From: a virus
Virus record (IMG/VR): IMGVR_UViG_3300028837_001424
Location: 48,592 to 112,591 of that record
Length of the DNA: 64,000 nt
Reading direction: 5' to 3' (one strand)
This document shows, one piece after another, positions 1-9,198 of the stretch (within the stretch, counting starts at the first letter, position 1; every line of letters begins with the position of its first letter). The position numbers and the translations under genes are program-made. The notes below the pieces were generated by a model. It was given only the letters and a program-made list of their open reading frames with translations. It made no database searches and was not told the origin of the DNA.

Positions 1-253
1 TAGCGTGACTCTGGCTGGCACCGGATTTAGAGATGGCGCGACGGTAACTTTCGACGGAGACGCTGCCGACAATATAGTGGTTGTCGATCCAACAGAAATT
101 ACCTGTGACACTCCTGCGCACGCGAAGGGTCTAGTTGATATAATAGTGACTAATGACGATACGCAGTCTGGAACTTTAGAAAACGGATTTGAATATCTTG
201 CCGGTAATGGCGGCAAGAGCCATGCTAAAAGACAACTACTAGGATTAATTTAA
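1..253 (+). CDS. C-terminal part of IPT/TIG (Ig-like) domain virion protein, 5'-truncated by window
   Basis: VTLAGTGF..ATVTFDG...VVDPTEITCDTPAH..G.VDIIVTN...SGTL.NGFEY is a typical IPT/TIG repeat. Confidence 0.75.
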   Translation, partial: SVTLAGTGFRDGATVTFDGDAADNIVVVDPTEITCDTPAHAKGLVDIIVTNDDTQSGTLENGFEYLAGNGGKSHAKRQLLGLI

Positions 254-519
254 TGGAAATTCCTCCTGAGGCAATCGTCAATGAAGCAGGTCAAGTTGCA
301 ATGTGCCACAGGAGACCTAGGCAAGTTTGCGTCAAGTGTGCTAACCGAAGCCATGTTTTTGTTCTTCGAGGCAATTGGGCACTTACATGGGTTGAAAGAG
401 AAGATGTGCCATGTATACTTGCCAAACGCTCAAAGCGTGGTTGTTGTGGCGGTAATAGCAGAAAGGCGTTTATGTTCGCCACAGCAGCGGCGATTAATTT
501 ATGGAATATGACGAAATAA
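253..519 (+). CDS. Small Cys-rich hypothetical protein (V..EDV...RGCCG motif)
   Basis: TAATG coupling to upstream gene; motif shared with C-terminus of 26858-27358. Confidence 0.6.
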   Translation: MEIPPEAIVNEAGQVAMCHRRPRQVCVKCANRSHVFVLRGNWALTWVEREDVPCILAKRSKRGCCGGNSRKAFMFATAAAINLWNMTK

Positions 520-585
520 TTTATTCATTAACTTGCACAATGTCAATTTGTTTTGTAAAATAGGTAAACACTTTAGGAGACGATC

Positions 586-1086
586 ATGACTGAATCAAAT
601 GTTGAAGAGGCCAAAGGATATACCAAAGAAGCGCTGATGCGAATGAGTAAGCAAGAAATCATCGCAGTGGCAGACGAGATCGGCGTTGATCTTTCTGTTT
701 TGCCTAAGCTTACCGAAGACTCGATTTCTGACGCCATCTTGGTTTTTCTTGAGCCTTATCTGGAAAAAGATGGTTCATTAGACGAGCTTCCAGTTGAGTA
801 TATTGAGGAAGAATTGGCAGAACCGACTGAGCCAGTCGAGTTAGAGGGACTGGTGGAACCAGAAGAGCCGACCGAGACTCCTGAGCCATGCGAAACGGAA
901 GAGGTGGCGGAATCAGAGGAGCCGGCTGAAGCAGAAGAACAAATCGAATCGGAAGAGCCTGTCGAGCCTGAAGAGCCATCAGGTCCAGATCCCACCGTAA
1001 TGTCTGGTTCTCATCAAGAGATTCTAAGGCCTGTCAAGATTGAACAATCTGTTAGGGTGCGGCGCATAGCGGAAAGCAATAAGTGA
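586..1086 (+). CDS. Acidic protein with N-terminal Rho-N/HeH-like helical module and Glu/Pro-rich linker
   Basis: RBS AGGAG; YTKEALMRMSKQEIIAVADEIGVDLSVLPKLT; EPEEP repeats. Confidence 0.65.
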   Translation: MTESNVEEAKGYTKEALMRMSKQEIIAVADEIGVDLSVLPKLTEDSISDAILVFLEPYLEKDGSLDELPVEYIEEELAEPTEPVELEGLVEPEEPTETPEPCETEEVAESEEPAEAEEQIESEEPVEPEEPSGPDPTVMSGSHQEILRPVKIEQSVRVRRIAESNK

Positions 1087-1904
1087 AAATTGCTGTTACA
1101 GGACCTAAAGGGCGGCTAGGCTCTTGCCTAGTAGATAAAGGTTGTATCCCGCTTGACTTTGATATAAACAATCCAAGTCTTGTCGAGAGCGAACTGGATA
1201 GCATTAAGCCAGATGTACTTATAAACTGTGCAGCCTGGACCGATGTAGACGGTGCGGAGGTGGGCGAAAATCTTTATGAGGTGCTTCTTACCAATCTACG
1301 CTCACCTGGCATCCTAAGGGTAAATCACGAAGGCTTGTTTGTTCAGATATCCACTGGATATGTATTTGGAAATGATGAAGGCCCTTTTACTGAGGCAGAT
1401 GAACCAGATCCATTGAGTTGGTACGGTTGGTCGAAATTCGGAGGCGAGAAGGCCGCCGAAATACGCTCTCCAACTTTGATTATTCGAACGCTTGATTTAT
1501 TTGGAATTAACACTAGAACTGATTTTGTGAAACAAGTACGAGAAATGATTGAATCAAATTCCCAAATAGAATTGCCCGATAATCTTTTTGGTACACCTAC
1601 TTATATTCCACATTTAGCCGAGGCTTTGCTGATAGCAATCGAACGCGGTTTAACTGGCATTATAAACATCGCGGGCGATCTCACTCTGAGCCGCTACGAT
1701 TGGGGAAGAACGATAGCTAGACATTTTGGGGCTGACCCTGACATTATAGTACCTACCCAAACGATAAAGGGTAAGGCGCAGAGGCCACTGCGGGGTGGCT
1801 TGAATGTCAACAACGCCCAAAAACTAGGTCTTCCTATTTATTCTCCCATCGATGGATTACGCGGCATATCGGAGTGGGAGAATGCCAGGGGTAAAGCCTT
1901 CTGA
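1083..1904 (+). CDS. rmlD: dTDP-4-dehydrorhamnose reductase-like (RmlD family)
   Basis: VTGPKGRLG, INCAAWTDVDGAE, STGYVF, YGWSKFGGE, GTPTY motifs. Confidence 0.85.
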   Translation: MKIAVTGPKGRLGSCLVDKGCIPLDFDINNPSLVESELDSIKPDVLINCAAWTDVDGAEVGENLYEVLLTNLRSPGILRVNHEGLFVQISTGYVFGNDEGPFTEADEPDPLSWYGWSKFGGEKAAEIRSPTLIIRTLDLFGINTRTDFVKQVREMIESNSQIELPDNLFGTPTYIPHLAEALLIAIERGLTGIINIAGDLTLSRYDWGRTIARHFGADPDIIVPTQTIKGKAQRPLRGGLNVNNAQKLGLPIYSPIDGLRGISEWENARGKAF

Positions 1905-2346
1905 GCGTCCTCTAAACTCAGTTCTTTTCTTAACCTATAAAAGAGCCGATCTTATAGACGAGCGTATTAGAGAGATTGAGCGCTTGTACTCTTCGCGTTC
2001 CGACGTTGAGCTTATTGTATTTGATAACGGTTCTGAGGGTTCGAACATCGCATTATGCCTTTTGGCACAGTCCGAGGTGGCCAGACTCAATAATTGGAAA
2101 CTACAATTTCATACACATAAGATTGAAAAGAATGTCGGCTTTTCGGCTGGCTGGAATGAGGCTTTGCAATTCGCGAATGGCGAATATATATTCTTGCTCA
2201 GTGACGACGTACAGGCATTTGGCGATTTTATTACACCGGTTATTGCCGCATTAAAAGTAGCACCTAACGCAATTGTTGGGGAAGCGTATATTAATTGGCC
2301 CGCTGGCTGGAATGAGTTTGGGCACCTTCCACCAAAGGAGCCATGA
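1882..2346 (+). CDS. Glycosyltransferase family 2, short and possibly truncated
   Basis: LIVFDNGSE, NVGFSAGWNEAL, FLLSDD; lacks the usual C-terminal half. Confidence 0.65.
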   Translation: MPGVKPSERPLNSVLFLTYKRADLIDERIREIERLYSSRSDVELIVFDNGSEGSNIALCLLAQSEVARLNNWKLQFHTHKIEKNVGFSAGWNEALQFANGEYIFLLSDDVQAFGDFITPVIAALKVAPNAIVGEAYINWPAGWNEFGHLPPKEP

Positions 2347-2603
2347 TGACTGATCCAATCAAACCCAGTATTGATGAGATTGATGTTGAACATTTGGAGA
2401 TTAAGCGAATAATCCCGATTCATCCCGAAGCCAAATATATGATCTTATGTGGCCCTGATGTTTTACAAGCAGAGGCCGATCAATTGGCGGTTAGGATAAA
2501 AGAATGGTACTCAGATCCCGAAACGCCAATTGCGATTGTAATGGGAGATATTTCGCTTGTCAGGGTTGACAAGATAACCGATGAGGCGTTGGACATTGGC
2601 TAA
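2343..2603 (+). CDS. Hypothetical protein
   Basis: RBS AAGGAG, coupled with neighbours. Confidence 0.55.
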   Translation: MMTDPIKPSIDEIDVEHLEIKRIIPIHPEAKYMILCGPDVLQAEADQLAVRIKEWYSDPETPIAIVMGDISLVRVDKITDEALDIG

Positions 2604-3564
2604 GAAAAAGAAACTCAAGGTCATAATAACAGGTATTTGGTATCCAGTAGCAATCTGTCGATACCTGTGGGAAGCCTTACTCAGCTATCCCAATATTGAA
2701 ACATGGTGTGCTGGTCCTTATGCAGGGCGCGAAATCCCTTGGGCTAATAAAGAAAATCCAAGAGGAATGAATCTGCCACAAAAATATGTACTCAAGCCAG
2801 ATCACCCGACGCCAATGACCCAACCTCCGATGGTTTCTTATGCAATGCTTGAGAAACACAAGCCCTGGGAACCCGACCTGTGGTTGGAAGTAAACGCCGG
2901 ATTGCAGGCTATAGGTAAGCCGATTAGTGCGCCATTGGCTGTTGTAGCAACAGATCCTCATGTGCTCAACTACACAGGTGCGCGCGAGCGCGCAGATTAC
3001 TTTTTCAATATGCAAACGCCCTATATGAAGTCAGGTGACATCTGGCTACCATATGCATATTCCCCTAAGTGGCACGCGCAAACGGATAAACCAATCAGAG
3101 AGCGCGAGTGGGACGCCGCCTTGATCGGCCTTCAATACCCCAACCGAATAAATCTTGTGAATAGGTTGCGCCAGCCAAACAATCATCTACACAGGGAAGG
3201 CGCTGGTTTCAAAGTCTTCTCGAAGCTAGGACCGTCCTATGATGATGCCCGTGAGATTTATCACAACACGAAGATAGGACTCAATTGGTCAAGTCTTCAA
3301 GACACAACGGCTAGATGCTACGAACTGATGGCCTTTGGTATACCAGCGGTTATGAACAGAGTTCCCGATCTCATGAAGCTTTTTAAGGATCGTCGAGATT
3401 TCCTTGGCTTTGACAGTGAGGACGAGGCCGTAGCCATCATTCACGAGCTTCTAAACGATATGGACTGGGCGGAGGAAGTTGGAAAGCAAGGACGCAAGGC
3501 CGTTGAGGAACATACTTGGGAAGCAAGAATAAAAACCATTATACAAGAGACAGGAGTGATTTAA
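2596..3564 (+). CDS. Glycosyltransferase, GT-B fold (CgeB/Glyco_trans_1_2-like)
   Basis: KIGLNWS...TARCYELMAFG...EHTWEARI C-terminal motifs. Confidence 0.75.
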   Translation: MAKKKKLKVIITGIWYPVAICRYLWEALLSYPNIETWCAGPYAGREIPWANKENPRGMNLPQKYVLKPDHPTPMTQPPMVSYAMLEKHKPWEPDLWLEVNAGLQAIGKPISAPLAVVATDPHVLNYTGARERADYFFNMQTPYMKSGDIWLPYAYSPKWHAQTDKPIREREWDAALIGLQYPNRINLVNRLRQPNNHLHREGAGFKVFSKLGPSYDDAREIYHNTKIGLNWSSLQDTTARCYELMAFGIPAVMNRVPDLMKLFKDRRDFLGFDSEDEAVAIIHELLNDMDWAEEVGKQGRKAVEEHTWEARIKTIIQETGVI

Positions 3565-3566
3565 TT

Positions 3567-4478
3567 ATGAAATGTGTCGTGATTGGAGGTTCGGGATTTC
3601 TTGGCGGCGCAATAGTTGACGAGCTAGTGGCAAGAGGCGATCAAGTTATTAGTGCCGATAGGAATATTCGCGAATTGAAAGATGGTGTCGAGAGCCGCTT
3701 CTGTGACTTGACGGAACCATCAACCATAAAAGATGTGGTTGATGGCGCAGACGAGGTTTATCTGATAGCTGGCGTTCTTGGAACGTCTGAATTGGATGAT
3801 CAGATTATTAGTGCGATTAGAGTAAATGTGATGGGAGCAGTGAATACCCTAAATGCCTGCGTCGAAGCTGGCGTAAAACGATTGTTCTACCCAAGCAAGC
3901 CCAATCCTTGGTTGAATACTTATACAATCACCAAGATCGCGGCAGAGCAATTCATGAAGATATACCACGAAAGATATGATCTGAACGTCATTGTAATGAG
4001 ATGGTTTAATGCTTATGGGCCAGGACAACATGCTTATCCTGTGAGGAAAATTGTTCCGACATTTTGCTTACAAGCAAGATACGGAGAGCTTTTGACCATA
4101 TTTGGGACGGGCGAGAACGTATGCGATCTTGTGTCCTCCAGGGATATTGCCCGGTGGTCCGTTGAGGCAACGAGGCTGGAATTGTGTAAGCAAGTTTGGG
4201 ATTTTGGCCGTGGAATAGGAATGACGGTCAACCAAGTAGCGGCAGATATTCTTACCGTTGCTGATAAAGATGTGCGAAATGTTCAACATATACCAATGCG
4301 TAGGGGCGAAGTTGAGGGAACGAAATTGGTGGCAGACATCGATGATTTGAGGGATGCGTTTGCCCAAAAAGGGAAAAAGATATATTTCGAATCATGGATG
4401 GAAACGCTCAGGGAAACCTATCGATATTACGAGCATTTGCCAATGGAGAAATTATTAAAAGCAATGGAGATCTGGTAA
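3567..4478 (+). CDS. NAD-dependent nucleotide-sugar epimerase/dehydratase
   Basis: GGSGFLG, YTITK (YxxxK), RWFNAYGPGQ. Confidence 0.85.
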   Translation: MKCVVIGGSGFLGGAIVDELVARGDQVISADRNIRELKDGVESRFCDLTEPSTIKDVVDGADEVYLIAGVLGTSELDDQIISAIRVNVMGAVNTLNACVEAGVKRLFYPSKPNPWLNTYTITKIAAEQFMKIYHERYDLNVIVMRWFNAYGPGQHAYPVRKIVPTFCLQARYGELLTIFGTGENVCDLVSSRDIARWSVEATRLELCKQVWDFGRGIGMTVNQVAADILTVADKDVRNVQHIPMRRGEVEGTKLVADIDDLRDAFAQKGKKIYFESWMETLRETYRYYEHLPMEKLLKAMEIW

Positions 4479-4484
4479 GTATTT

Positions 4485-4781
4485 ATGACGGAAAAAGATT
4501 GTATCTATGAGGCAATTGCCGCGCACTACGAGCGCATGATAACCTATAACGTGCGCGAGGCACTTGTGATGAACAAATGCCTTCATTCAGTAAGCGGGCT
4601 TTACGACGTGCTTTGGCAGCATAAGCGAGAGCTTATTATGTGCGGTGCATTTGATCAACTATGGGAAAGTGCTAACGCCTTGATGCAAGTAATTGAAGTG
4701 CGCGCAGAAATTACGGGATTAAGGGCTATTTCATCAGAGAGTATGACCAAGGATATTACAAATAAACTGAAGGATCTTTAG
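4485..4781 (+). CDS. Hypothetical protein
   Basis: ORF in operon. Confidence 0.45.
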   Translation: MTEKDCIYEAIAAHYERMITYNVREALVMNKCLHSVSGLYDVLWQHKRELIMCGAFDQLWESANALMQVIEVRAEITGLRAISSESMTKDITNKLKDL

Positions 4782-4785
4782 GTAA

Positions 4786-5460
4786 ATGGGCAAAAAACTT
4801 GTTCCCACATCGGCAATATTTGAATTGAAAGATGCTCATAAATTTGGCATAGGAAAGGGACTAGAAATTCATGAGCGAATGAAGGGGCGCTATGCAGGCC
4901 AACCTTATGATTGGGGCGTTTTAGCAGAAATGATTAAGTGGGCAGGAGACGGGGATCATTTAGAAATCGGAACATTGTTTGGAGGAAGTGCCATATTATC
5001 GGCGTTGACGAAAATTAAATATGGGCTAAGTGGCAATATTATTTGCGTCGATCCACTAGATAGTTATTACGGCATTAAAGTCGATCCTGGAAGCAACGTT
5101 CCAGTCACACCCGAAATTGTGAGAAAGAATCTTGAGCTTTTCAATGTTCAGGATCGAATTGAGCTAGTGACTAAGAAATCTCAACCCTGGCCCTTGCCTC
5201 CAAACCGCAAGTTTAATAGTGCATATATAGATGGTCAGCATGATTATAAGGCCTGTTTATCAGATTGGGTAAATTGCGAAGCTTGTGTTGATAAGGTAAT
5301 ACAATTTGATAATCATGACATGGCACACGCTGCTATTTGCAACGTCGTTTCTCAAGTGTCTAAAGACGAATGGTTAACTGTACATATTAGTGGAATAAGC
5401 GCCGTGTTGGCGAGGCGTACTTGGCTTAGGCCCGATTGGAAAAAGAGGGAATTATGGTAA
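4786..5460 (+). CDS. Class I SAM-dependent methyltransferase (Methyltransf_24-like, probable sugar O-methyltransferase)
   Basis: LEIGTLFGGSA, CVDP, AYIDGQHDY. Confidence 0.8.
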   Translation: MGKKLVPTSAIFELKDAHKFGIGKGLEIHERMKGRYAGQPYDWGVLAEMIKWAGDGDHLEIGTLFGGSAILSALTKIKYGLSGNIICVDPLDSYYGIKVDPGSNVPVTPEIVRKNLELFNVQDRIELVTKKSQPWPLPPNRKFNSAYIDGQHDYKACLSDWVNCEACVDKVIQFDNHDMAHAAICNVVSQVSKDEWLTVHISGISAVLARRTWLRPDWKKRELW

Positions 5461-6182
5461 ACAAAGATTTAAATATCGAGAATTACAAAAATCGCCATCT
5501 TGGAGAGCGGGCATTTATTGTAGGCAATGGTCTAGGCACAACTCCCGAAATACTGGATCGACTTGAGCATTCTGGATGGATCACATTTGGAATGAACCGT
5601 ATTGGAATGATCTTCCCCAAAACTTCCTGGCGTCCAAGATTTTATATAGGCACTACCTCGGCTATAAATGATCCTATCCATAGACCCGATAATCTGGCTG
5701 GTATTCGCTCGTCTGAGATTGCTTTTTGCTGTGATGGCTACAAGAATTATCTGGATGAAAGTATTAACGATAACGTGATTTATCTTAGTTGCTCCCAGCT
5801 TGAGGATTGGCTAGGAAAACACAATGAAGCAACCAATGATTTTTGGTCAGACGATATATCTAATCGCCTTTCTAAATTTGCTTGCACCGCTTTTCCGGCA
5901 ATGCAGGTGGCGGCTTATTTAGGACTTAATCCGATTTATCTTATTGGTTGCGACGCGGACTACAGACCTCCTGTTGATGGCGTCGATCCATCTCACTTTG
6001 ATCCTAAATATAGACCGTGGCACGCGTATCCAAGTTACGAGAACTTGAATCTAGGTATACAACGGGCACACGAAATAGCGCAAGTGGCTGCAGACAGATT
6101 GGGAATAGAAATAATTAATATTTCCCCAATCAGCGAAATTACTGCCCATACGTTTGGAAGCTTGGACGAGGCATTGGCATGA
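5454..6182 (+). CDS. DUF115 / Maf / MptE-like protein (putative glycosyltransferase)
   Basis: KNRHLGERAFIVGNG, TFGMNRI, WRPRFY, AAYLGLNPIYLIGCD, SHFDPKY. Confidence 0.75.
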   Translation: MVNKDLNIENYKNRHLGERAFIVGNGLGTTPEILDRLEHSGWITFGMNRIGMIFPKTSWRPRFYIGTTSAINDPIHRPDNLAGIRSSEIAFCCDGYKNYLDESINDNVIYLSCSQLEDWLGKHNEATNDFWSDDISNRLSKFACTAFPAMQVAAYLGLNPIYLIGCDADYRPPVDGVDPSHFDPKYRPWHAYPSYENLNLGIQRAHEIAQVAADRLGIEIINISPISEITAHTFGSLDEALA

Positions 6183-6577
6183 CTAAACCCAAAAGTGCAT
6201 TCAGTGGACACAAATTTAATATAGTTAGATGGCGCGGAAACCCAACGGAAGCAACGCTAAAAAGCGGACATGTTGTACGCAAAGAAAAATATATTTATTA
6301 TCGTGACACGAATGACAGGTGGATTGCTGTACGTGCCTCCGACTATCATGGCGAACACTTTGTCTATGTTGATCCACTTTTCAACGATGGTGTATTAGGG
6401 CATTTCTCGTTTATGTGTACTTGTGGTAGCCCCGCGGTTATTGTAGGCCCGGCAGACGCCGCACTAGAAGACACTAATTGCCCAGAACGATTATTGGTGT
6501 GCTACATATACCATCTTACGCTTACAAAGTATGGTCACGGCTGGCATCAAACCAGCGATGGTAGGAGATGGGTATGA
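6179..6577 (+). CDS. Hypothetical protein
   Basis: Coupled ORF in operon. Confidence 0.5.
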   Translation: MTKPKSAFSGHKFNIVRWRGNPTEATLKSGHVVRKEKYIYYRDTNDRWIAVRASDYHGEHFVYVDPLFNDGVLGHFSFMCTCGSPAVIVGPADAALEDTNCPERLLVCYIYHLTLTKYGHGWHQTSDGRRWV

Positions 6578-7218
6578 AACTTAGTCATGAGGCCTGGTTT
6601 TTGGGGCTTAAACTGGAAGGGGAAATCAAAAAGAAACTGGTTGGCGAGTATCAAATGTGGGATAACCAGTTGGGTTTGCTCGCGCAAGTCGTTGAATGTG
6701 CCGGCAATGGATATCATCTTGACATAGGTACAATGTGGGGAGGATCAGCGATATTAGCCGCACTGGTAAAAAAGAGGATGGGCTTAGGCGGACTGGTTTA
6801 TACAGTTGATCCTCTTGATCAACAATTTTTTGATGATAATAAGGGTTATTTGAGCAGTCATAAAGACCCAGTTATACCTACAGTTGAACAAATACTGGAA
6901 AACTTCAAGACTTTTGGTGTCGAAGATCGAATTATTTTCAAGCAAGTTAAATCATCAGATTTGCCATATCAGTTTAGACGTTTACCAGTATCGGCATTTA
7001 TTGATGGGGCACACGACTTTGACAGCGTATTAATTGACTGGGCAACTTGTAGCAAATATTGCAATTTTATAATGTTCCATGATTATTCTGAGATCTCGGC
7101 TTGGAAGGGCGTGAATGAAGTGGTTGATAGATATGTGCTCAAGGACGATAAATTTGAAGTGCTAGGCGAGGCAATACACTGTATCGCTTTTGTAAGAAAA
7201 GAACAAGAGAATATATAA
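6574..7218 (+). CDS. Class I SAM-dependent methyltransferase (Methyltransf_24-like), paralogue of 4786-5460
   Basis: LDIGTMWGGSA, TVDP, AFIDGAHDF, MFHDY. Confidence 0.8.
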   Translation: MKLSHEAWFLGLKLEGEIKKKLVGEYQMWDNQLGLLAQVVECAGNGYHLDIGTMWGGSAILAALVKKRMGLGGLVYTVDPLDQQFFDDNKGYLSSHKDPVIPTVEQILENFKTFGVEDRIIFKQVKSSDLPYQFRRLPVSAFIDGAHDFDSVLIDWATCSKYCNFIMFHDYSEISAWKGVNEVVDRYVLKDDKFEVLGEAIHCIAFVRKEQENI

Positions 7219-7905
7219 ATGAAAGTTGTCATGATAGCCAGGAGTAAAAACGAGGCATTGAATATAGGAAGGTTTTGCAACGCCTATCGGGATTGTGTTG
7301 ACATGATACTTCTGGCAGATGGAGGGAGCGAAGACAATACCGTTGACATTGCAAAAGGCTTCAAGAATGTGCAGGTACGCCATTTCAAGGAACGAATGGA
7401 ATTTCCAGGAGGAGTTTGGAGGAATCCTCACGGCAAACACATGAACTTTCTTATTGATTGGGCATTAGAGGAAGATCCCGACTGGATTATCTTTGATGAT
7501 ATTGATTGTATACCGACCGAGGCACTTCGATTAAATCTTCGAGAAATAATGGCGAACGCCGATCATCCCTCAATTTGGCTTTATCGGTTATATGTTTGGG
7601 GGAAGGATCAATATTTTCCCAAACTTAATGAGCCAGGTAAAAGTATATATGCCTGGAAGCCCGAATTGGGTATAGTGGCACAAAACGAGCCGCCCTTAGC
7701 GTGTGTTCTTTTAAATGTTCCAAGCGATACTAAGGGAGTGATTCTTGAGCCTCCGTTTTGTATTATGCATTATTTTTGTCAGACCGAAGAGTTGGCCCAG
7801 GCCAAGTTGGAATTCTACAGGGCTACTGGAGAACAGACGGGCATACAACATCCGAGCAAATTTGGCGGGCCATTGGAATATTTGCCCGATTGGGCGCATG
7901 AGTGA
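7219..7905 (+). CDS. Glycosyltransferase family 2
   Basis: RSKNEA, LADGGSEDNT, WIIFDDID. Confidence 0.8.
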   Translation: MKVVMIARSKNEALNIGRFCNAYRDCVDMILLADGGSEDNTVDIAKGFKNVQVRHFKERMEFPGGVWRNPHGKHMNFLIDWALEEDPDWIIFDDIDCIPTEALRLNLREIMANADHPSIWLYRLYVWGKDQYFPKLNEPGKSIYAWKPELGIVAQNEPPLACVLLNVPSDTKGVILEPPFCIMHYFCQTEELAQAKLEFYRATGEQTGIQHPSKFGGPLEYLPDWAHE

Positions 7906-7910
7906 AATAG

Positions 7911-8597
7911 ATGAAGATTGTGGTAGTGGTCAGAACCAAGAATGAGGTTCGTAACATAGCTCGATTTTGCGCTGCATATAAAGAATGCGCTGATCTTATT
8001 CTCGTGGCGGATGGCGGAAGTGAGGATTATACAGTACCCATTGCCAAATGCTTCAATAATGTAAAGGTTCGCCACTTTGAAGAACGCATTGAATTTCCAG
8101 GAGGCTTGTGGCGCAATCCGCATGGCAAACACATGAACTTTATGTTTGATTGGGCGGTTGACGAGGGTGCGGACTGGATTATTTTTGACGATTGCGATTC
8201 TGTTCCTACCGCTACGCTGAAAGAGAACATTCGGGAAATAATGACGAGTGCCGTCCATCCAACAATTTTCGCAGACAGATTGTATATTTGGGGTAGGAAT
8301 AAATATTTCCCCAAACTTAATGAATCGTGGACGCCTTTATATGCCTGGAGACCAGAAGCGGGTATAGTGGCAGAAGAGAGAAATCCAATAGCGTGCCAGA
8401 TATTGAATATACCGCCAGTGGAAGAACGCGTAATTCTTAAGCCGCCGCTGTGTTGTTTGCATTATTTTTGTCCAGACAAGGAGACTGCACAAGCTAAACT
8501 AGATTTCTATATAACTATCGGCGAGCAAAAAGACGCAACGCATCCGCTTGAATTCGGAGGGCCATTAGAAGATTTACCGGAGTGGGCACATGAATAA
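7911..8597 (+). CDS. Glycosyltransferase family 2, tandem duplicate of previous gene
   Basis: Same length (228 aa), shared ADGGSED, WRNPHGKHMNF, YFPKLNE, AQAKL, FGGPLE..P.WAHE. Confidence 0.8.
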   Translation: MKIVVVVRTKNEVRNIARFCAAYKECADLILVADGGSEDYTVPIAKCFNNVKVRHFEERIEFPGGLWRNPHGKHMNFMFDWAVDEGADWIIFDDCDSVPTATLKENIREIMTSAVHPTIFADRLYIWGRNKYFPKLNESWTPLYAWRPEAGIVAEERNPIACQILNIPPVEERVILKPPLCCLHYFCPDKETAQAKLDFYITIGEQKDATHPLEFGGPLEDLPEWAHE

Positions 8598-9198
8598 AGT
8601 TGTAGCGTTGGCCATGAATTATAAATGCCTTTTGGGTTATCAAGAGCCTTATGAAGAGCCGATTGTTTTTCTAAAGTCTAGAGAAGCCATCATCGGACCT
8701 GGAGAGACAATCTTTATACCTCATGATGCTATTGTTTGGCCAGAGGTTGAATTGGCTATTATTATTGGCAAGCAGGCTAGGAATGTTTTGCCCAAGGATG
8801 CTTATAAATATATTATTGCGTATGCGATCGCAAATGATGTTACGGCATATTATGGGGATGAACGAGATGTGCATTATGCTAAATCCAAATGCCCAGACAC
8901 ATTTCTGCCAATGAGCCATATTGTATATGCGCCCGAAGCACCTATCTGGAAATCTCAAGAACTAACCACATTCATTAATAGCCATAGGGTGCAAGCTGGC
9001 AATGTTGGAGACATGATTTTTGGAGTTGAAAAAGCGGTAGAATTTATTTCTAGTTGGATGACGCTCAATAAAGGCGATGTTATTATAACTGGTACGCCCT
9101 GGCACAATCGACCAGAATTACACGACGGCGATATCGTGACTGTTGCGATTGAGGGATTGGGCGAAGTGATTAATCCGGTAAAACTAAGGAAAAACTAA
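8590..9198 (+). CDS. Fumarylacetoacetate hydrolase family protein
   Basis: PIVFLK, EVELAIIIGK, ANDVTA, KSKCPDTFLP, GDVIITGTP. Confidence 0.85.
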   Translation: MNKVVALAMNYKCLLGYQEPYEEPIVFLKSREAIIGPGETIFIPHDAIVWPEVELAIIIGKQARNVLPKDAYKYIIAYAIANDVTAYYGDERDVHYAKSKCPDTFLPMSHIVYAPEAPIWKSQELTTFINSHRVQAGNVGDMIFGVEKAVEFISSWMTLNKGDVIITGTPWHNRPELHDGDIVTVAIEGLGEVINPVKLRKN

